A stretch of DNA of 52,310 nt, counting the filler, from Ionaspis alba (lineage: Eukaryota): assembly GCA_964255285.1 (NCBI GenBank). It is 3 parts of 3 records of this genome, joined end to end, with 100 filler letters (N's around TTAATTAATTAA, not from the genome) between each part and the next. Parts side by side here need not be neighbours in the genome. Positions count along the whole stretch, not along the records: positions 17,498 to 34,868 come from CAXUUL010000320.1; positions 34,969 to 52,310 come from CAXUUL010000321.1; 1 more part is not named here. The stretch is one strand, 5' to 3'. Numbering within the stretch: the first letter of the stretch is position 1; the number at the start of each line of letters is the position of its first letter. A model generated the notes under the pieces. The model saw only the letters and a list, made by a program, of their open reading frames with translations. It had not been told where the DNA came from and did no database searches. This document shows positions 24,161 to 36,561 of the stretch, in pieces. The translations under genes and the position numbers were made by a program.

Positions 24161-24964
24161 ATGCATTGCTTGTCAGCCTTGTTTCTTCTTTTCTTCTATG
24201 ATCTTTCTACTGTACTGGCGCAGCTTCAAGTCCAACTAAAATTCTATACCGACAATCAATGCCAGACCCCTAGTACTCAACATGCAGCCGCCTCCATCCC
24301 AATATCCCAGTGTATAGTCACTCCCGGGCTTGGATCCATCTCACATCAATCCGTTCCCTGCACAAATGGCAATGTCCAGCTGGTCGCGTACCAGGACACG
24401 GCGTGCGGCACTCAGCTTGGGTCATTGGATTGGTACAGAGTGACCAATCAGTGCTCGGCACGTTACAAGGGTGATATTGCTGCGATATCACTCACCTGCA
24501 ATCAGGTCGATGATGCGGGAAAAATCGATCCAGGAAGCCTAACCACAACATCGACAATTGTGGTGGCGCAGGTTGCGGATTCAGCGCCGACAGCCACGCA
24601 ATCTGTGGCATCGAGTTCACTACCTGTTACTACTAGCGGAACCGTGACGGCTTCGCCGACAACATCATCTAGCCCACCAGCTAGTAACAGCAGCAGCACT
24701 GGGGGTGTTAGTGGAACTGGCAGTAGTACTGGAGATAACAGCACTTCATCCTCTTCAGGCCTCTCAAAGAGCGACATTATCAGTATAGCAGTTGGGCTCG
24801 GCGTCGGCATTCCAACAATACTCATCGGACTTTGGGGATTGCGACGTCATAGACGAAACAGACTCAATCAGGAGACGGAGACGGGGACGAAAGCATCTCC
24901 GAATATGTATTCACGGCCACCTCCGATTTCGAATCATAACGTGAATCCGATACAGTATCGATGA
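24161..24964 (+). CDS. Single-pass type I cell-surface protein (signal peptide, Cys-containing head, Ser/Thr stalk, TM helix, short tail; Mid2/Wsc-like architecture)
   Basis: MHCLSALFLLFFYDLSTVLA signal, six Cys in the head, S/T-rich stalk, GLSKSDIISIAVGLGVGIPTILIGLWGL TM helix followed by RRHRRNR. Confidence 0.8.
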   Translation: MHCLSALFLLFFYDLSTVLAQLQVQLKFYTDNQCQTPSTQHAAASIPISQCIVTPGLGSISHQSVPCTNGNVQLVAYQDTACGTQLGSLDWYRVTNQCSARYKGDIAAISLTCNQVDDAGKIDPGSLTTTSTIVVAQVADSAPTATQSVASSSLPVTTSGTVTASPTTSSSPPASNSSSTGGVSGTGSSTGDNSTSSSSGLSKSDIISIAVGLGVGIPTILIGLWGLRRHRRNRLNQETETGTKASPNMYSRPPPISNHNVNPIQYR

Positions 24965-25890
24965 TGGGAAGGCCGTTCGCTTGCTTTTGGTGTCGCGAGC
25001 AGCTACGATACTGTTCAAGAGCTGGTTGAGAATTTGGACAAGCTTCTCAGCACAGCAGGCAAGGCTGTGGTCATGAAAAAAGATGAGACAGAATCCTGAA
25101 GTCGAGCCTTGGAATGGAGGCAATGTATTGGGAATTGGCTCGACATCGACCTTATTGCGCAATGAGAAACTGTTTCGACTCTATCCGATTGCTCAAGCAG
25201 CTTATCGCAGTCCTCCTCTCATCAACTACAAATCTATCATCTGACGCGGTCGTGTCGAGCTCCCGGTACGGACCTTCCTCCATCTGTTACATACCAACCC
25301 GCTAATTAGTTAGTAATAGGGATTGGGGCGGCTAGCAATATAGGGTTTCCGAGCAAGTCTCTGAGTCTACACGCCAAGACCTGGCGACCAGGACGACTTT
25401 GAATCACCCCTCGGTCTAATGGGTCTACGGGTCCTACACTGGAGACTCAGTAAATCCGGTAGACCCTATGATTTCCATCATCTATATGCAACGGGAGCCG
25501 ATGCCGTGGGCTGAGGCATACGAGGGATAGGCACTATATGTCTCGGGGAAGCGTGGACCAGGTCCCCTAATAGGTGTGCGAAGTAGGGCTGGCTTGCTAA
25601 AAGCATATAGTGTGCTACGAGAGTTATAGAGTTTCTGGTCGTTCCTTAGTATTTAGGAGGGACTGGTGTATTGACATGACTGCTGCGAAACTCCATCCTC
25701 GTGTGCCATAAGCGCGAACTATATAGTCGCGATGGACGAGGAATAACATCATACTATCTCAAGATTGCCATAACAATAACATGCTCGAAANNNNNNNNNN
25801 NNNNNNNNNNNNNNNNNNNNNNNNNNNNNNNNNNNNNNNNNNNNNNNNNNNNNNNNNNNNNNNNNNNNNNNNNNNNNNNNNNNNNNNNNN

Positions 25891-26458
25891 CGTACTCATC
25901 CTCTGCATCACCCTGGGCATTCCTGCACAATCTTCCGCAACGATCCGGATCACCTCTATGCAACGATGTGCGTCGCGGGCAGATATAGACCTTTTTAGAT
26001 GTCCAATGCGGATGATACTCCACATTCACATCTGCCGTAGTTGCGGAAATAGCTCCTACGCCCTCGAGCTCCTCAGCCGAGCTGAAGATCTTTACCACTT
26101 CTAGGTATTTCCTGTCCTTGAGCCACTCCTCGAGCCTGGGGATTTGGAAGTACTTCGCCTCTTCCAAGACCGCAAAGTACAGAGCGTAGTCATGACCTTT
26201 GATATTGTCGTAGAACACGGGACAGATACCGCGTCTGAGGTATCGTAGGATGTGTTCGAATAGTCCTCCATCCGCGTCGATGAAGTATGCCCCATCCTCT
26301 TGGGCACCGTTCCAGCGACCAGAGAGCATAGAAGCGAAGAAAGCGCTTCCTTGCGTAAGGGTTTCCACGGTAGTAGTGAAGCGGCGCTCACCTACTTGCA
26401 AAGTTATGGGCTTGTCTGGTGTGATGGAGGGTACAACAGCAACATTTTGGGAAGACAT
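25891..26458 (-). CDS. BTB/POZ (KCTD/T1-type) domain protein; C-terminus runs into gap 25791-25890
   Basis: ITLQVGERRFTTTVETL..GSAFFASMLSGRW, YFIDADGGLFEHILRYLRRG, EEAKYFQIPRLEEWL. Confidence 0.88.
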
Positions 26459-27230
26459 CTTCGTGACCCGAATATCACACGGTGGAATGTCTGAAGATTG
26501 AGGCAAGACCTCGACTGGCTGAGTGAGCCTAGAAATGAGGTGTAGAGTCGAAGCTCAGGTGAATCAGAGTCTTGTTCTTTCCTAGATGAGATTCTCTTGA
26601 CTAAGGGTTTTCGTTCGCTTTTATATCCACCGCCTCACTCTCCAGACCTCTGGAAGGACGTGGGAGATTCTCTGGCCTGTTCCATGCATGAAGGATAACG
26701 CACAGGATTGAATCCTCTATAGTAGATTCTATTATAGACGCTAGGATCTTGCGGACAGAGAGTACTATCAAGCCTGAAGTCGAAAATCCCAGCTAACGAA
26801 CTCCCTCGCTACCCTTTTGAAACACTTGTCCTAAAGAAAGTACATGAAACAGAAAGACTTCTAGAATGCAAAAGAAATGAAGAGTGGCACGTTCAGAAAG
26901 CTGTGGTTAGCTTAGACAATCAAAGACGGTATTGTCAAAGATGACCAGATACAAGTGACCCGTGAATAGTAGGCAGAGTTTGCATGCGAGGACCTTGCTC
27001 TCGTACGCTCAATATTAGTGTATCAATATTCACTTCCTCTCTCCAACAGTCCAAGAATCTCTCAACGCCAATGCTGCCCCAGGGATATCATGCACGCAAC
27101 GAACACAACACAAGAGCTAACCAATGCCAAAGAACCATACCCCGCTCGTACCCATCACCTCCTCACACCATCCACCTCCCTCGTCCTTCCCACTCTCCTT
27201 ATTCCCACCACCTCACAACCTCACAACCCC

Positions 27231-30200
27231 CTACAACTCAATCAAATCCACCTCCGAAAAATCCGGCGGACTCCGCCTATAAACCACCCTCCCCTTGCCA
27301 TCCAATCCCGTATACTCATTCGAAATCCAAACATGCTTCGACAGCCTCTGCGTCCTATAAACCTCATCATCACTGACCCCGAGCTCATCCCTCGGGATCC
27401 AAATCACCGGCCTCTTGGCCCTGAGCGCCTCATGCTGGAACGCGCGTCGCACGAGCTTGTCCCGCTCTTCGGGCGTCAGGTCTTCGATTTCGTCGTTCAG
27501 GCCTGAGAAGAGTGCTGTGTGTAGGGGATCGACGCCGGGGGAGAGAGGCTGGTTTTCGAGGTCTTGGCGGCGAGGGTGCGTGCGGTGGTGGTGGCGGGCG
27601 GCGGTGTGCGAGGCTGGAGCTTGCGAGGAGTCTGAGGTCCAGTTTGCGGTGCGCCGGTTGCGGGAGCGGTCGGCCCAGGCCCCCTTTTTGGGGAGTATGC
27701 GGCTCGGAACGAGGTTGCCGAGGCGGCGGGGATCGAGGTGGCGTGGGTCGAGGATACCGGGTGTGCTCTTCCGGCGCTCGATTTCTTGCATCTCGATAGC
27801 TTCGGCTTGTTGCTCTTCTTCGATCTCGCGGCGTTCGCGCGCTTCGAGGACGTCGTTGATGTCGTCGCCTTCTCGTTCCTCGTCGACGAGATTCCATTTC
27901 TTTTCTTGGGCGCGGGCGAATTCTTCGTCGCGGATGACGGCGTCATCTTCCAGGGTGATGGGCAGGTAGCGGAAGAGGGGGCCGAAGGCGTGGTTGAGTA
28001 GGACTTGGTAGATGACGGTGCAGATGAGGACGACGATCATGACGATGGCTTGACCTTTGCAAGGGCTGCCGATAGCGTTGCCTTGAGGGTCGGCATCGCG
28101 GACGAGGAAGAAAAGTCCGATGAGGCAGAGTTCCATGACGTAGAGACCCGCGAAGAGGTGGTTGATCGCTTTGGGGAAGAGGAGTCCACCAGTGTCAAAG
28201 CGAAACTTGGTTACGTAGAGCGTGTTGTAGCGATAGACGACCCAGAAGAGGCTGAAGGTGATAATGTTGAAGACTAGGATCAGGGGAGAAACAACGGAGT
28301 AAATCAAGCCTATAATACAAATATTAGCTTGAGGACCAACAGTGATGACTTTCCACTACCGATGACTATCGAGAAACATACCTATCGCTGCAAGGTTGGT
28401 ATACACGGGAAAGAAAGTTCCCCATTGCATATTGGGAAGCGTGATCTGCCGAGCCCACTTTTGCCTTGCTGTATTGTCCATAAACGGTGACAACACAAAC
28501 CAGCCGAAAAGGCCACCGAGTTGTACCTGATCCTCATTAGCCAGAACGATCCAGGGGCTGAATTTTCAGAACGTACTAGAGCACCAGCGCTGACAGACAA
28601 GGCTTGGAGTAGAAGATAGGAGAAGAAGTAGTTGGTAGCTTTAGGCAAATTGGATGCCAGGATCGCAGGTATTTCTGTGGGCGCATTCGAGACTTGTGAT
28701 ATAACGGTGGTAATAGAAGTCGATATGGAGACCACGAGGAAGACCTGGATGAACAGGAAGATGAAGTAGAAATTCTGAACAGTCAGTTCCACACCCATGC
28801 CAGTCGGCGTACCCTAAACAACGTGTCAGCCGGCAGAACAACTACCACTCTCTTATAGGCTGGGAAACAAATACCTGATTCTTAGCCAGCAGCCTCAGAA
28901 CGATCGGCAAAATTAACAATAACAGCGCCAGCAAAAGCTGCGGCAAAATACCCTGAATAATCGACAGAATCCACGTAGGCGCTCTGCTCAACCATCCCAG
29001 CCACGGATAATGTGCCGTGAGATAACTGACCTGGGACAGCAGACCGGTAAAAGCGACTGGAAAGGCCCATCCAATGATCAGTCCGCCCACGGCTGCGATC
29101 ACAACGGCGGTGCGAATGTACCGCTCCCACCAGGTGATGGACATGTTGTCCCAGATTACATCGTCCGGGGATATCTCCACCATGCGGGGAGCCATTTGAT
29201 TGGGGATGTGGTGGCTGATTGATTGACAGGCCATGTGGGCGGCGACTTGGTGGTTGAATTGGATGAAGGCGGAGTTCATGAGCGGGAATTTCTCGGGTTC
29301 CCGTTGGTCTTGTTCGATCTCGAGATTGAGACGAGCGACTTCTTTGCGGCAGTAGTAGATTGCGTCGACTTTTTTGCCGAGGAGTGGTAAGGAGATCATC
29401 CAAGTCCAGCCGAATATGGGTAGTCTCATCGTCGGTCGATCTTTTTGCTTCAGGTACTTTTTCCATGTGGGTTCGCCGTATTCGTCCTCATCAAGCGACT
29501 CATCATATGCTGGTGGGTACACTTCTTTAGGCTTATGTCTCCCATCATTGTTTTTCTTGCCGAAGAATGGAATGTGAAACTTTGGCTTGGTGCCCACCTC
29601 CGCTTTGTTAGGAGTGACTTCGGACCCAGAACCATTGATAGTGGCCTGTGGGTTTGCACCTGGACTGATGGGACTTGGAGTGCTAAGTGGGAACTCATCT
29701 TCCTCGTATCCATGCGGTGTGGGGCTCGGGATGTTGTATATGTTCTTGCGATTTTGTCTCCAGGATTGGAATTTGTTCTTTGGAAGTGACAAACCTCCGG
29801 CTTGCTGATGACCACCATTGGCTTGTCCTTGGGTGGTGCGGTTTGGGTCAGCCGCGGAATCAAGTTTGAATGTAGGAGGGTTGGACCTGTTGTTGGGTCC
29901 TTGGTCGCCAGCCTCAGCGGGTTGGGCCATGTTCGATTGTGTCTGCGCTGGCCTTGTCTGTGGTAGGTCCTCGCGTGTAGTCCCGCGAGTAAAATCGACT
30001 GCGCTTACCCCATGCTGAGGGCTTTGGTGCCTGGTATCTTCGCTCGAGGCTGGCCTAGAATGCCCTTGTGGAAGAGCTGCATCTCGAACAGGACGTTCAG
30101 GCTCAAGGTCTTCGTGTCGGTGGTCCACACCGTCCATCTGGCCATCAGTGGCGACAAAGCCACCTTGGGTAGTCAATCTGCCATCGACTTCTTTGCCAAC

Positions 30201-31468
30201 AGATCTGAGGCCACCAAAGACCGTTTTTCCGATACTTACGAACCCATGTCCGACGGCTTCAATACCTTGTTCGACAACATTCTTCTTTTCGCGCTCGGGT
30301 GAATGATCTCTGGAGCTTCCCTCGGACTCCTCATTCAAGGCTTCATCGAGAGTGTGTCGAACCTGATGTGGGTTGCCGGAGCTCACACCATCTGTGCTTG
30401 CCATGGCTTCTGCTTGATCATCTTGCTGCTTCTTTTGTGCAAGCTTCTCTTCTTTGGACTGCGTCTTTCCAGCTTTCTTGGCCTCCGCTTCAATTTTCTT
30501 CACGTGCGCTTTCTTGGCTTTCTTGATGAGCTCTGTCTCAGCAGACTCTAGTTGCAATGCAAGTTTGTTTCGCATCTGGACCTTTTCATTCAACTCGTCA
30601 AAATTGCGGTTGATCCAAATATTGCGAATACCGCCTGGAAAGACATCGTAAAGGCCATCTAGCGCTTCAGCTGTACACCACTTTCTTGGGATGGCAGTCA
30701 CTAAGACGGTAGTCGCGGAGGCACGGAGGCGGTGCTGAGGAGATGTGAGGTAGGCTTGTCGTAGTCGGATATAGCCTCGAAGTTCGTCGAAGAAGACCCA
30801 GCATGTGTACACAACAACGCCGACCGCCAGTATCAGGTGAGCCCAATACCTGTTGTTCTTATCCGGATGAACGTTCCCCCATGCAAGCTCGTCCAGTCCA
30901 TTCACGTCGGCCCATGCGGTCTCATTTCTCCCGAATCTCTGCCCTGTGGCAAAATTGGAGCCTCTACCACCCACAGCATTCAACGGAAGTAGGATCGGCA
31001 AGATGACCATTGCCAATGGGATGAAGATCTTGAGCAGAAGCCTCAGGTAGCGTAGGAAGAAGTATGCATCGAGACCACATTTTTGAATGAAGTCGGAGTT
31101 TGAGGTACGAAACACCGGTATGATCCACTGCCAGAATCCTTTCGGGGGAGCTTTGGTGCGTTCTCGTTCGGGTACTAGGTAGGTTCGAGGTTGACTATGA
31201 AGTAGAGAAAAAAGCGGTCAGCAACCTTTTAAGGAAGTAGGTGAAGCATGACGGAGCTCAAGGGATGTGAGAGTGGAAATAAACAGATCCATCCGCAGCA
31301 GTGGTGTACTTACTAGATTCTAGGAAGTTTCGCCTTGATCAGCAGAAAGATGGCCAGCTGAACTCCGAAAACAGCAAAAGCCCCTCCCAAGGAAGCAAAG
31401 AAGGTATTGATTGTCTGTCCTTGAGACGTGAGTGCTTTGCCAGCAGTGGCGTTCAGAGCGTCTGCCAT
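27231..31468 (-). CDS. CSC1/OSCA1/TMEM63-family (DUF221, RSN1/PHM7-like) mechanosensitive or osmosensitive cation channel, multi-exon
   Basis: Exon 1 MADALNATAG..KLPRIY spliced to QPRTYL. Then CGLDAYFFLRYLR, RYWAHL, TTVLVTAIP, SAFIQFNHQVAAHMACQ, SPDDVIWDN, LASNLPKATNYFFSYLLLQ, DTGGLLFPKAI and IWIPRDELGVS. Confidence 0.95.
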
Positions 31469-32595
31469 GTTGCGATCGAAACGGAGTGAGGGTGAGGACG
31501 TGAGAAGACTGATGGGAGTGGTCTAGTCGAGTGTGAATGCTAATTAATGTGTTAGGTATTATGAATTCGTGATGAAGTCAAAGTCCCGCTTTGACATAGA
31601 AAATTCGTTGCGGCATGAGTGTGTTATTGTTGATGAGGACTCTGCGATGTTTCGTAGTCGGGAGACAGAGTGGCAGAGGAGGTCCAATCTGGCTGACAAG
31701 ACTTGAGTGTCGACGAGTATGAGCAAGATTGGTACGGAATGTCAGTCAAGCAGGAGGAGGCGATTGTACGCGAATCTATTTAGGGGCTGCCATTCCAGGA
31801 ATTCTCCAGATGATTCAAGGTTAGCAGCCAATCACAGGCAGGGACACTGAAAGCTGGCAGGGGTATATCTCGCAGCGAGCCAATGAGGACAGTGGCTGGG
31901 ATGTATCCCGAGCGAATCTGCAACTTGACATCATACCAATTTGGCGAGCTTCAGGCCACTGATGGACTAGGATACGCGCTGCTGCAGTCCTTGAGGCGCG
32001 TGGGTATAATGGTATTATCGGAGATGCCAGATCGAGTCTATTCTTGTCTCTATCTGTAGCAATACATACAGAGGTGCACAATCTCAACGTGCATGGTCGA
32101 TTTCGTAAATTATCTTCCAGAAAGTCAATCTGTCACGCTCTCGGCAAGATTTCCATGGGACAATGGTGGGGCCATCTGCCAAGACAAAACAGTGGGAAGG
32201 TGGGGCCAGACGAGAATGAGTGAATCGTCACCGCGGGGCATGGGATGAAGATAGGAGGGAGCTTTTCTTTCTGTTGACGATACATCAGATCAATCTCGTG
32301 CCCCCNNNNNNNNNNNNNNNNNNNNNNNNNNNNNNNNNNNNNNNNNNNNNNNNNNNNNNNNNNNNNNNNNNNNNNNNNNNNNNNNNNNNNNNNNNNNNNN
32401 NNNNNCTATAGCTTCTATTATGCACCTGGCTGAGTAAGACATTAAACAGGATCTCCTACCTCGGTCCCACCTCAACCTTCTCCCAAAGTCGCAACGAAAT
32501 TATCACACCTTATCAATCGAGAGCCCTGGTACTGAGCACTCAGAGCTTGAACATCAAAACACTTGCTAGCCCATCCGTTACTGCCAGAGGCTACA

Positions 32596-34303
32596 ATGCC
32601 TGGAAGAAAACCCCCTTCACGAAAGGGTCAGTCCCCTAACCGGCCCTGATGGGACATGTGAAGCGGTCTCCTAATGCACTTTGGTAGGGTCCTTCGCGGA
32701 TGTCCCTAAAGATCTCCTAGAGCAGATCAAGGAGCTGGAGCGGCTGTTCACAGTCGATCAAGCGAAGTTGAAGGAAATCACAGAGCACTTCGTCAAGGAG
32801 CTGGAAAAGGGTTGGTATCTCTCAGAGTCGTCGAAATGTTGGGCTCTAATCCAATGTCTTCCCCAGGTCTCAGCGTTGAGGGCGGAAGTATAGTCAGTGC
32901 AATCAGGAGTGGCTTCTGGTAGTCACAAAGCTGATATGTATCAGCCAATGAACCCAACGTGGGTAATGGGATACCCAACTGGATACGAAACCGGAACATT
33001 TCTCGCCCTGGACATGGGAGGTACAAATCTCAGAGTCTGCGAGATCGTCTTGCCGGAAGAGAAGGGTGAATTTGAGATCATCCAGTCGAAATACCGGATC
33101 CCCGAGGACTTGAAAGTCAGCAATTCAGGCGAGTTGTGGGAATACATTGCCGATTGCGTTCAACAATTCCTGGAATACCACCACGATTGCGACGAACTCG
33201 AGGCCCTTCCGATGGGCTTCACCTTCTCATATCCCACAACACAAGAGTACATCGACCACGGCGTCCTCCAGCGCTGGACCAAGGGCTTCGACATTGAAGG
33301 CGTCGAAGGCAAAGACGTCGTCGCCCCCTTCGAAGAAGCCCTCGCGAGGCGCGGTCTTCCCATCACCCTCACCGCCCTGATCAACGATACCACTGGCACT
33401 TTGATCGCCTCCGCCTACACCGACGACTCGATGCGCATCGGCTGCATCTTCGGCACCGGCTGCAACGCAGCCTACATGGAAAACTGCGGCTCCGTCCCCA
33501 AAATCGCCGAGCACAACCTCCCCCCCGACATGCCCATCGCCATCAACTGCGAATACGGCGCCTTCGACAACGAGCACGTCATCCTACCCCGGACCCCCTA
33601 CGACATCATCATCGACCGGGACTCGCCCCGCCCAGGCCAACAAGCCTTCGAGAAAATGATCGCAGGCCTCTACCTCGGCGAGATCTTCCGCCTCGCGCTC
33701 GTCGGCCTGCACGACAACCCCAACGTCAAGATCTTCGACGGCCAAAACATCTCCAAGCTGCGAAAAGCATACACCCTCGACGCATCCTTCCTGTCCATGA
33801 TCGAAGAGGATCCCTTTGAGAACTTGCAAGAAACGGCCGATCTCTTCTTCACCAAACTCAGCATCCAGGCCAACAAACCCGAACTCGAGCTCTGTCGCCG
33901 CCTCGCCGAACTCATCGGCACTCGCGCCGCTCGCCTTTCGGCCTGCGGCGTAGCTGCCATTTGCAAGAAAAAGAACATCGATTCCTGCCACGTTGGTGCC
34001 GATGGAAGCGTCTTCAATAAGTACCCCCATTTCAAAGCCAGGGGTGCGCAGGCTCTGAGGGAGATTCTGGATTGGCCGAAGGGCAAGAAGGATCCCGTGG
34101 AGATTAGGGCTGCTGAGGATGGATCGGGGGTTGGGGCTGCGTTGATTGCCGCACTGACGATTAAGAGGGTGCAGGAGGGAAATATGGCCGGGATCAAGAA
34201 TAAGGAGAAATTTTTGAGTCATCAGAATGCGGAGGATGCGGAGGATGTGGAGGAGAAGGATGGGGGGAAAGAGGTGGTGAAGGATGGAGAGAAGGCTACC
34301 TAG
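32596..34303 (+). CDS. hxkA: Hexokinase, 4 exons
   Basis: N-terminal RKPPSRKGS motif, PMNPTWV, LALDMGGTNLRV, GFTFSYP, LQRWTKGF, INDTTGT, IFGTGCNAAY, INCEYGAFDN, QAFEKMIAGLYLGE, AEDGSGVGAA. Confidence 0.97.
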
Positions 34304-34484
34304 GTCATTGTATTTATTGTGCTGATCGCCGGTTTCTAAGAGTCGGCTTATGTGAGTTATGTAGAGTTGGTAGGGATGTACCATGTCATACTTAGATTCG
34401 AGATCTCCAATTTTGTTGCAGCGCTTTGTGGCAGCGGAAGAGCCTTTTGTGATGATTATTTGATGCCAAGCGTGGGATCCGATA

Positions 34485-34868
34485 CTAGCTCCGTATCTCC
34501 CACAGCCGTATCTTCCCCTGCTCGTTCCCCACAGCCAGCATCTCCGAATTGGCACTCATCGCCACAGCCGTGATCCGTCCCAACGGCGTATTCGCAGTCG
34601 GCCAATTCTTGTAGACCGTACAAGAAGGTAAATGAACTACACGAACTCACAAATCAGCATAAACTCCCTCGACCGCCCACCCACCTACCCTTCACGAGAT
34701 AGGAAAACACAACAACTCACCCAACCTCAACGCATCCCTCTTCCACCGACTCCCCATAACAAGCACCTGCCCATCCCCCGAAAACAACAAATGCGACGTC
34801 GGCGTCACCAACTGCGTCAACGCCCTCCTCGGCTTCGGCCTTTCCGGTACCTCCCCCCGAACCCACCC
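34485..34868 (-). CDS. UTP18: U3 snoRNA-associated protein 18 (WD40), 3' fragment only; 5' part lost in linker gap
   Basis: Manual translation: PKPRRALTQLVTPTSHLLFSGDGQVLVMGSRWKRDALRL, intron 34637-34720, VHLPSCTVYKNWPTANTPLGRITAVAMSANSEMLAVGNEQGKIRLWEIRS*. Confidence 0.9.
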
Positions 34869-34968
34869 NNNNNNNNNNNNNNNNNNNNNNNNNNNNNNNN
34901 NNNNNNNNNNNNTTAATTAATTAANNNNNNNNNNNNNNNNNNNNNNNNNNNNNNNNNNNNNNNNNNNN
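34869..34968. other. Artificial scaffold/contig linker N44-TTAATTAATTAA-N44
   Basis: Spacer at 34913-34924 centred in Ns. Confidence 0.95.
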
Positions 34969-35210
34969 ATGGCTTAGGCTGGACGTCCAACTAGAATGTC
35001 ACTTCTAGAGGCGATGGTGTTTGGTACAGGTAATCAGCATAGTCGAAGTAAGATCCAGGTATTTAGAGCAAGAACGAAAATTGTCTGTGTTCACATCTTG
35101 CATGTCATGCCTGTATTCTGAACCTGTGTAAATCCCCCCTATCAGAGCAACTTTTCGCATCCACCATGCCTCCCATATCTCCCCAAGGTCTCCTATCTAT
35201 CACCCCCTAT

Positions 35211-36561
35211 CTAAGCACCCTTAACCTTCTCCACAACCTTCACCACCTCCGCAAACAACTTATCCTTCTCCGTCAATCCACAAACCTTCTCGACAATAGC
35301 CCTAGCATCATTCTCCTTAACGATCTTCGCCAACTCCTCACTCTCCTCATCGTCCTTGACATTCTGGAAGCGGAACGCCATCTCAATTGCTCCCACCAAC
35401 GCACTCACACCATCACCCCTCTCCGCCAACTCAGCCGCAGGCCCCACAAAGCGCTCCTTCCTAGACAACTTCCTCAACGGGGCTCGTCCAACCCGCTCAA
35501 CCACATCTTCCAAGTGCGGGTTCGAAATCCGCTTGATGATCTTGTCCACATAGTCCTTTTGCTCTTGCACCGTAATCCCATGCTTATTGACAATAAGATG
35601 CGATGTCTCTGCAAGAGCTTCATGCACAATCCCTAGGATCTCCTTATCCTCAAGTGCATCATGGATCATCTTCTTCCCGCGGTTATGCCCGTAGTAAGCC
35701 GCTGCTGCATGGCCCGTGTTGACGGTGAATAGCTTCCGCTCGATATACGGCACCAGGTCGTCAACCCACTTCACGCCTGAGATCTCGGGGTGTTTCTGGT
35801 CGGGTGCCCAGGGTGTCTGATCCACAACCCATTCGAAGAAGGACTCGATCTTGACGTCGAGACCGGCGTTGGCGTCTTGAAGAGGGACGATGCGGTCGAT
35901 AGCGCTGTTGGCGAAGCGGGCGCGTTGGTCGTAGCTGGAGAGGCGTTCGGCTTTGGTGTTTTTCGGGTCTTTGATGTGCCCTGCCAGAGTGTCGGTGGCG
36001 CCGATGGCGTTCTCGCAGGCGATGACTGATAGAGGGGTGCTTGAAGAACGGATGTCGATTCCTTTGGCGATGACGGGAGCGATGAACTTGAGGATGTTGG
36101 GGCCAACGGCACAGGTGACCTATGGGACAGTGTGTGTCAGCCGGTGACTTTATAGCAAGCACAATTCTGGCAGGAGAGTAGGTTGTACTTGAATTAGGTT
36201 GCAAGCTTGTACTTAGAGTGTGAAGCCGGCAAACGACGTACCAGATCAGCACTCGCAATCTCCTTGACCACATCTTCCTCGTTATACTTGGAGTTGATAG
36301 CACGGTAATTGGTGATGGTGTTGACTTTCTCGCCCTCCCCACCAATCTCCTTGACAGTGTAGGATTTTGTCTTCTGAAGCTCATTGATGATGCTGTCCAT
36401 GACATCGACGAAGACGACCTGGAGAACAAAGTTTAGCCAATTGAGCTAGTTATGAGGATAGAATAGGATAGAGTTACCTCATAGCCGGTTGCATGCAGCT
36501 TCTCTGCTACGAAGCCTCGACCAATGTTTCCTCCTCCAAAGTGAACTGCTTTGAGACCCAT
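35211..36561 (-). CDS. mpdA: Mannitol-1-phosphate 5-dehydrogenase, 3 exons
   Basis: [81 protein letters not shown]. Confidence 0.96.
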
